This document shows, one piece after another, positions 58,724 to 64,000 of a stretch of DNA of 64,000 bases. Under the pieces are notes generated by a model. The model was not told the DNA's origin. It worked only from the letters and a program-made list of their open reading frames with translations, and did not search any database. The DNA is taken from the NCBI GenBank assembly GCA_002269645.1, contig NIVC01000751.1, positions 186,001-250,000 on the forward strand. The letters are read 5' to 3'. The stretch is from Macrostomum lignano. Lineage: Eukaryota. Within the stretch, counting starts at the first letter, position 1; each line of letters opens with the position of its first letter. A program made the position numbers and the translations under genes.

Positions 58724-61333
58724 CAAGGAGAAAGAGAGTAAAAGACCAGAGCTGCAGGGGAAGCCTGAAGGGCCAGATGGCCAACTGTAAAAGAATGAAA
58801 GGCGGGCAGCTCAAGCAGCTAACCGAAGCGTGTTAACGGGATGCACAGGCAGAAACATAGCCGGGCCGAGCTCCAGACAGCCTTTGCAGGTGAGAGTCAG
58901 TGGCGAGCCCATCCTAGCGCAGGCGAATGCAAAGCCCAAACCGGTGCAGCCGACCAAAAACAGGCCGCGACAGTCCCAGGCCAGGTCTCGAACCCAGGTT
59001 GCTGGGGCGCCTCGACTTCCAGCTTGGCCGCCGCCACCTCCTCCCAGGACATCCTGGTCGGATAGGCCGATGTCACGCAGGAGTTGAACGTAGCGACTGC
59101 TGCCGGTGCCGCTGGCGGCGCTGCCCGACCCGGCGCCGCCTCCGGGCCCGCCGGTGCCGTTGCCGCCGGCTCGATTCCGTCCTCCGTAATCGACAACGCC
59201 CAGGCCCATCAAGGACGAGTGCGTGGCGCAGCCAAGCAGCACGTCAACGTAGACAAGGCAGGCGGCTTCGGCTGAGCGCTGGTTGACGCACACAGCTAGG
59301 AGAGGCTGATTCGGGCAGAATCGAACCAGCAGAGAGCCGCGGACGTGTTCCACGGCGGCTTTGGAGCCGAATAGATCGGCAGGATAGCCGGTGCTAATCC
59401 AGCTTGAAATGAGCTCGCCAGGTGTGCTGCCACCGCCGGAGCGGCCAACAATCCATCGGGATAGATTTGTGGCTACTAATAGGCGGCCCTCGTGATAGAA
59501 GCAGTAGCTAACTAGTACGCACGGGCCGAGGTACTGCGAATGTTGCGTGGGAAAGACATTACTGTTGACGGATTTTAAAACAGTTGAAACACCCACCTCG
59601 CTCCGCGACACCCCATTCCTGCCGACTAATAAAAACAGTTAAACACCCACCTCACTCTGCGACACCCCATTCCTGCCGACTAATAAAAAACAGCTAAAAC
59701 ACTCACCTCATTCCGCGACACCCCATTCCTGCCGACTAATATTGTAAAAACAGTTAAAACACCCACCTCACCTCACTCCGCGACACCCCATTCCTGCCGA
59801 CTAATAAAAACAGTTAAACCTCCTTACACCGCGACACCCCATTCCTGCCGACTAATAAAAACAGTTAAAACACCCTCCTAGCTCCGCGACACCCCATTCC
59901 AGCCGACTAATAAAACAGTTACTAAACATCCAACAAACTGCGACAGACAAAAATAGCCTCACCTTGTCAACAAAGTATCCAACATCAACGCAGACTTCGC
60001 AGTTCTCATCAGGATCTGGCACGGGAGTGTCATAATCCCAGCGCAATTTGAACCAGCGACCACTTGGCTGGGATGAAGCATCGTTGCAGCTTCTTTCCCA
60101 CAGGTAAATATCGGTAACTTCTAGTATCAGAACAATCACGCTGATGTCTTTGGCAACAAACAGTACCGGCGGGTTGCGTTTTGACAAATCTGCATTTTTT
60201 GTGTTATGTAATGTAATTGCATTGATATAAAAGGATTGAGTAGAGAACCAGGTAGACAATCTAGCTGGTTTTATCTTGACAATCAATGAACGCTCAGATA
60301 CATTGATATTGATGTTTTACAAGCGTATCTAATGTACATAGAAAAAATGCACAATGGATAAATAGAGTTGAAAATACACTAATTATATGTCTGGCATTTT
60401 ATTCATACTCTACTTGTAGTAAAAAATTGAATATTACACGTATAAAATTGTTAGTAATGAAATATTATTCAATACCCTATTGATTGTAGAAATATAGACA
60501 AAATACGATAAATATTAACAAGTAAAAATTTATTTACTACTCTGCCTGTAGTAGCGACATTAGCATTTAATTTAGTGACGATTTTCAACAGTTAAAATTC
60601 GGGTTAAATTTTAAACAGAACGCCAATGCCAAAGACATTCAGCAACTCAGTGAACTCACTCTCTAAGGAGTTGTAGTGCGACGAGTCTAATGGTCCGGGA
60701 ACGACATGGACAGCGTTTGAATCGCGACGATAAATCACTATTTGACCATTGCTGCAGAAAGAGGCCAGATATTCGCCTGTTGATAGGATTACAGGTGGAC
60801 AAAGAGATTTTTACACATAATCTTTTAAGAACATTTCAAACTAGTATTGTAAAATATCAAAATCCACAAGGATTGAATAGTGTGCATGCTTGTCAATAAG
60901 AAAGTACATTGCTTCTGTACACTCTGTGTGAGCATGTACCTGTGCATCCTCCACTGAGTAATACAGACCAAAAATGACAATTTATGAACAGACTTTGTGC
61001 TAGAATACAAATAAGAACTCACTCACCCTGAGCAAAGGTGCTCAATGCAAGATTTTCACTTTTATAGAAAGCAGCAAAGTTCTTCTTTTTCTTCTTGGTT
61101 TTGCCAGTTGGCAAGGTCAGAGTGGCAATTTCATCCTTGTTCAGACAGAATAGACCTTCCTTTTCCTGTTGAGACCAAGATTTTGGCAAGTAATATCAAA
61201 TAAATAACTCTAAAATTGTTAAAACCATATCTTCATCAACAATAACCATTACCTTGCCAAGCCATTGCAGGTTGGCACAAAGGGACTTCTTCTTTACTGG
61301 ACAAGAAGAGACTGCATCCAGATAGAGTTCCAT
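37716..61333 (-). CDS. CPLANE1: CPLANE1 (C5orf42/JBTS17) ciliogenesis and planar polarity effector, >=21 exons, ~3,130+ aa; last exon unresolved
   Basis: N-terminus MELYLDAVSSCPVKKKSLCANLQWLGK|EKEGLF resembles recalled human MEIRLEILTS..VSWLGKEKEAVF; ELGPAMFLPVHP, HPRHPLFAMTDGY, GQLSDWKSA and the Joubert-type segment LRQWMEQRRKEQLGQY are present. All 20 predicted GT-AG junctions are phase-compatible. Confidence 0.88.
38685..40170. repeat. 20-bp intronic minisatellite (ttactctctctggatgctag)n
   Basis: Direct observation. Confidence 0.95.
40222..40314 (-). CDS. CPLANE1: CPLANE1 exon 20
   Basis: tttcag|..|gtaagt; phase 2/2. Confidence 0.65.
40408..40619 (-). CDS. CPLANE1: CPLANE1 exon 19
   Basis: ttccag|LLSTIIEL; phase 0/2. 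Confidence 0.7.
40680..41370. repeat. ~57-60-bp intronic minisatellite (ggatcagccagtcaaatcagcgag.. family)
   Basis: Direct observation. Confidence 0.9.
41404..41942 (-). CDS. CPLANE1: CPLANE1 exon 18
   Basis: FLSVVSVD..LQDMEKRLRLIADMSDRFDSDY; phase 1/0. Confidence 0.75.
42038..42113 (-). CDS. CPLANE1: CPLANE1 exon 17
   Basis: ttctag|ENRSAG..|gtaagt; phase 0/1. Confidence 0.65.
42165..42630. repeat. 59-bp intronic minisatellite of the same family
   Basis: ggatcagccagtccaatcagcgaggaacacccaccaccccatttagcacaggccataaaatt units. Confidence 0.95.
42766..43944 (-). CDS. CPLANE1: CPLANE1 exon 16 (5' boundary approximate)
   Basis: 393-codon open frame; WPSLVDPRLVLDHF. Confidence 0.7.
43980..44745. 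repeat. 31-bp intronic minisatellite (cagctggatgaagggatcgggtcatgaccta)n
   Basis: Direct observation. Confidence 0.95.
44779..45049 (-). CDS. CPLANE1: CPLANE1 exon 15
   Basis: IQQVLRREMRRLFK|gtgagg; phase 2/0. Confidence 0.7.
45709..46124 (-). CDS. CPLANE1: CPLANE1 exon 14
   Basis: cccag|HPQTEL..|gtaagt; phase 0/2. Confidence 0.7.
46133..46265. repeat. (CAGA)n intronic microsatellite
   Basis: Direct observation. Confidence 0.95.
46277..46951 (-). CDS. CPLANE1: CPLANE1 exon 13
   Basis: RLAWLVRW..VRIRLSPQLLVYA; phase 0/0. Confidence 0.7.
47085..47325. repeat. 15-bp intronic repeat (ctctggaagcagaca)n
   Basis: Direct observation. Confidence 0.9.
47360..47969 (-). CDS. CPLANE1: CPLANE1 exon 12
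   Basis: HELEPAFLDLVDTFL; phase 2/0. Confidence 0.75.
48047..48370 (+). mobile_element. tRNA-derived SINE-like element in a CPLANE1 intron
   Basis: A box agctcagtggtctagcgc, B-box-like ggctcgattcc; body ends in A-rich gaaaattaaaaa. No complete cloverleaf. Confidence 0.55.
48880..49077. mobile_element. hAT-type MITE, 198 bp
   Basis: TIR tagggattcca...tggaatcccta; flanking 8-mers ttacggac / ttacggag (7/8 TSD match); many internal atcccgggat palindromes. Confidence 0.85.
49135..49903 (-). CDS. CPLANE1: CPLANE1 exon 11
   Basis: LPAPPAYCPQP..LWALHCRDRLS; phase 1/2. Confidence 0.8.
50006..50103 (-). CDS. CPLANE1: CPLANE1 exon 10
   Basis: ttgcag|..VQQILTDKLDLLF..|gtaagc; phase 2/1. Confidence 0.75.
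50365..50593 (-). CDS. CPLANE1: CPLANE1 exon 9
   Basis: WTAEKCVELHLVSGLLDEAI..LSDWKSA; phase 1/2. Confidence 0.85.
50635..53580. repeat. (CTAA)n microsatellite, ~2.9 kb, intronic
   Basis: Direct observation; interspersed CTGA/CAAA/CTAG variants. Confidence 0.98.
53629..54006 (-). CDS. CPLANE1: CPLANE1 exon 8
   Basis: tttttcag| phase 1; SMARFMAAFFLNCPLYVNPPH. Confidence 0.75.
54110..55425. repeat. 22-bp intronic minisatellite (tgttctcctgacctttggtctg)n
   Basis: Direct observation. Confidence 0.95.
55610..56542 (-). CDS. CPLANE1: CPLANE1 exon 7
   Basis: tttttcag| acceptor, |gtgagt donor; long open frame; phase 1/1. Confidence 0.8.
56745..57225. repeat. 19-bp intronic minisatellite (atgaggatgtgacacttca)n
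   Basis: Direct observation. Confidence 0.95.
57268..58034 (-). CDS. CPLANE1: CPLANE1 exon 6
   Basis: VQRYSVSAHPRHPLFAMTDGYSV; phase 2/1. Confidence 0.8.
58110..58725. repeat. GA-rich intronic compound repeat
   Basis: Direct observation. Confidence 0.9.
58824..59533 (-). CDS. CPLANE1: CPLANE1 exon 5
   Basis: YLGPCVLVSYCF..WVRDLAWD..ELGPAMFLPVHP; phase 0/2. Confidence 0.85.
59585..59920 (-). repeat. Six ~55-bp tandem units, each shaped like AG | 24-33-nt segment | GT
   Basis: Minus strand ttaactgtttttattag|tcggcaggaatggggtgtcgcggagcgag|gtgggt. Confidence 0.85.
59963..60189 (-). CDS. CPLANE1: CPLANE1 exon 4
   Basis: PVLFVAKD..IYLWE..GRW; phase 1/0. Confidence 0.85.
60660..60776 (-). CDS. 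CPLANE1: CPLANE1 exon 3
   Basis: EYLASFCSNGQIVIYRRD; phase 1/1. Confidence 0.8.
61027..61165 (-). CDS. CPLANE1: CPLANE1 exon 2
   Basis: aacag|EKEGLFCLNKDEI..FAQG|gtgagt. Confidence 0.85.
61253..61333 (-). CDS. CPLANE1: CPLANE1 exon 1
   Basis: ATG at 61333; MELYLDAVSS..WLGK|gtaatg. Confidence 0.85.
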
Positions 61334-62957
61334 AGGACTCCACTGGAAACTGCTATTGTCATACCATGCACATTTTTCAGGAGACCAAAAGATTAAGAAA
61401 TGACTAAGGTTCAGTGACTTATATTTTTTATAAACAAAGTAAAAATATAAGAAAAATATAAATATAGATAAATAGCAATTTGAAATTAAAGCAAAAGATG
61501 TAAAAATTCTAAATTAATGATTAAGGTTATGTTTAGTGACATCATCTCATAGTCTTGTTATCAAATGTTTAACAGAAATGGCATAGTGCTTTTGTTGGCA
61601 TTTTATTATACATTTTAGTCTAAAGAAAATCTTAATTTTTGTGATAGATTGATAGGCAATTAAAAGAAATATATTATTTAATAATAAGCAAGATTCATGT
61701 ATAAAACTTTAAGATTTTTAAGTTATTACTATTACTATTATAATTATATCTGACTCATTATAGGAGTGGTCAAAGACCAATGGCAAAAGCACCAATGGTT
61801 GTCCCATGGTTATGGAGAGAAAAAAGGCAAAGGAATTGAAATAAAACAAAGGGAAAAGGTGGAAAGAAAACAAGACAAAGAAAAAAGAAGCCTAAAAAGA
61901 TCAAGGTAGGCCTAGTCTTTGAGATATCTGGCTCTTAAAAATGGATGGCCTAATACCCCTGGCTGGATGGCCTAATACCCCTGGCTAGATGGCCTAATAG
62001 GCCTAGCTAATGCTATAAGTAGAGAATCTATAATTTAGAGTAAGTGGGAATAAAGCATCACTTCTGTTGCTCTGTTCTAGGAAAAGGAAACCTAAGGAGA
62101 AGCTGTGCTAATTGTTGTTAGAATAGATACCATAGTGCAACTATAGAGCAGCAAAGGGAGGGAGGAGCTACTAAAGTTTACTAGGGCCTTGACTTCTAGA
62201 AATCTAAGGACAAAAGCAAGTTTACTAGGGGCCTAAGAGTTCTATGAATCTTAAGGCTACATGTATATTGAACCTTGAAGGAGTCATTATGATCCTGATA
62301 GCCTTTTGCTCAATATGGTCGAATAAAATAATTTGGGACTCATAGGGAGATCTTCCATCTATATATAATGGTACAATATACAGGGAATGATATTAAAAAG
62401 AAACAGGTAGAAAATCACAAAAATCCTTTTGTTACTAATGATTATATGCTCCTATTCATTATGGCTTAGGATTAAACTTTATATTTCAATCTAAACCCCA
62501 TTTGTTAACTTTTTAAGATCTATGGTATGCCTAATTGGAAATTCTTAGGATGCAACATTTATTCTAGATGCAAAAGGGATAATGGATAGCTAGTAGCTAG
62601 TAGGATAGGTTGTAATTTCAAGAAGGTCATTGATAAATTATTAAAAAGTAAGAATAGGGTAGGTCTAAGATAACCATGATATCCTAGTACACATTTGATT
62701 CTTCAAATTTCTTTCAAAATATATTTTTTATTTTAGGACAAAATACTACACTACAGTGACCAGACAATTCCATAGTCTTGTAATGAACATGGACTCACTA
62801 ACTAACTAGACAGGACATGTCCAGATAGCATAATCACTGCCTAGTAAATTGGTAAAATAAACAACATGTTAGGCCTATATGATAGTGAATATGTATACTA
62901 CTAGTAACCTATAATAGAAAATAAATTGTGTCTTTGAGTATATAAAAATTGGCTAGT

Positions 62958-63135
62958 CAGTGGCGTAGCCAGGATTTTCTTCTGGGGGGGGTCACAGTCA
63001 GTCACAGGCTCACAGCAGCAACTGGGGGCAGGGGTGCTAGGCCTCTGCGATGGGGGAGGGGGCCTGAAAATTTGGCCTGGATTAGGCCCTAGCCGGCTGG
63101 GGGGTCATGGGGGGGGGCCCTTGGCTACGCCCCTG
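62958..63135. mobile_element. MITE with imperfect TIRs (hAT-like ends)
   Basis: cagtggcgtagccagg ... ccttggctacgcccctg; no clear TSD. Confidence 0.65.
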
Positions 63136-64000
63136 AAAATAGTCCCACCAATATTCGCTTGGACAAAGCTAATACAATTATAACATAACAACTAGGCATA
63201 GGGGTTGCATAGAGACTGCAACTTCTAGATAAAATTTCCAATTTATGTAGTACATATTAATAATATGCCAGTGGTGCAACCAGGGGGGACCCTAGGGGCC
63301 CTTCCCCTCCTTAGGCAGAAACCAGAAAAAAATCAAGGGGGTTGCAGGCGAATTTTCACCAAATTACAGAGCCGAGCCACCCTCTCCGGTCTCTGCCTTC
63401 CGCCTTTGGGTCTTTACTCTTTACCCTCCAGAATCCGCCCCCCTCCAAAAAAAATTTATGGTGGCGCTACTTTAAATAAAAAAGCAAATAAAAATACATA
63501 TTTTGATCATAATTATCTAATGAGTTGAGTTGGTCCAATAAAAATAAAAGTATGCGCATCAGGTTACGGTATAATAATACGTCCTATTGTAAATTAAATT
63601 GCAAAGAAGAAGCGAAAAATAGCGTCAAAAAAACATTTAAAGCTTCTAGTCAGTAACTAAAAAAATATTTTAGGTCTTCACTGTTAGCCATCTACAGTAA
63701 ATCTACTTTTATTTTTTAAATGCTCTAATATTTGATGAAAAGGTTAAAACTTTGCAGGTTCGGGTCGTTCATTTTTAACTGTCATAATTTCACCACATCA
63801 CCTGGGGGTACATTAATTTTTTTGCTCATTCAAAAACGAACCTATTGAGTTTCTGTAATTCACTGTAAGCCAAGCCATGGACAGTATATTGTAATATAGC
63901 ATAATCGAAGACCAAAGTTTTATTGGTTTCATTTAAGTTTTAATGAGAATAATTCATAGTAAAATATAGCCTAGGCCTACTGTACCTGTTTATTGGGCCT

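Noticed and set aside
42804-59286. Numerous + strand and off-frame ORFs over CPLANE1 exons (e.g. 43522-44034, 46357-46797, 58830-59286)
   Set aside because: Antisense shadows of GC-rich exons; no recognisable domains.
63265-63528. 87-aa ORF
   Set aside because: Overlaps a decayed MITE-like G-rich sequence; no protein features.

Overview
Eukaryotic (metazoan) genomic DNA using the standard code, with GT-AG introns and very dense micro/minisatellites. A flatworm origin, Macrostomum-like, is inferred from an EF-hand + dynein-light-chain (TAL-type) gene and the repeat-laden, polyQ/GC-rich exons; this is unconfirmed. Left to right: two AIG1/GIMAP GTPase paralogues (one internally deleted), a tRNA-derived SINE, a divergent H2A/H2B pair with 3' stem-loops, a TAL gene, a near-identical 7.4-kb tandem duplication carrying a small orphan single-pass membrane gene, a ~90-aa orphan gene, a CH25H-like hydroxylase, an intronless ankyrin + TRPM-type channel, and a 21+ exon CPLANE1 (C5orf42/JBTS17) orthologue on the minus strand (61333 to <=37716, ~3,130+ aa, exon phases reconciled by hand). 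Most notable oddities: the ankyrin-TRPM domain combination, a tandem array of in-frame micro-exon-like cassettes in a CPLANE1 intron, five orphan histone stem-loop-like motifs, and a sharply bounded ~2.2-kb CpG desert over the CPLANE1 5' end. All calls were made by eye with no database searches; repeat boundaries are approximate.
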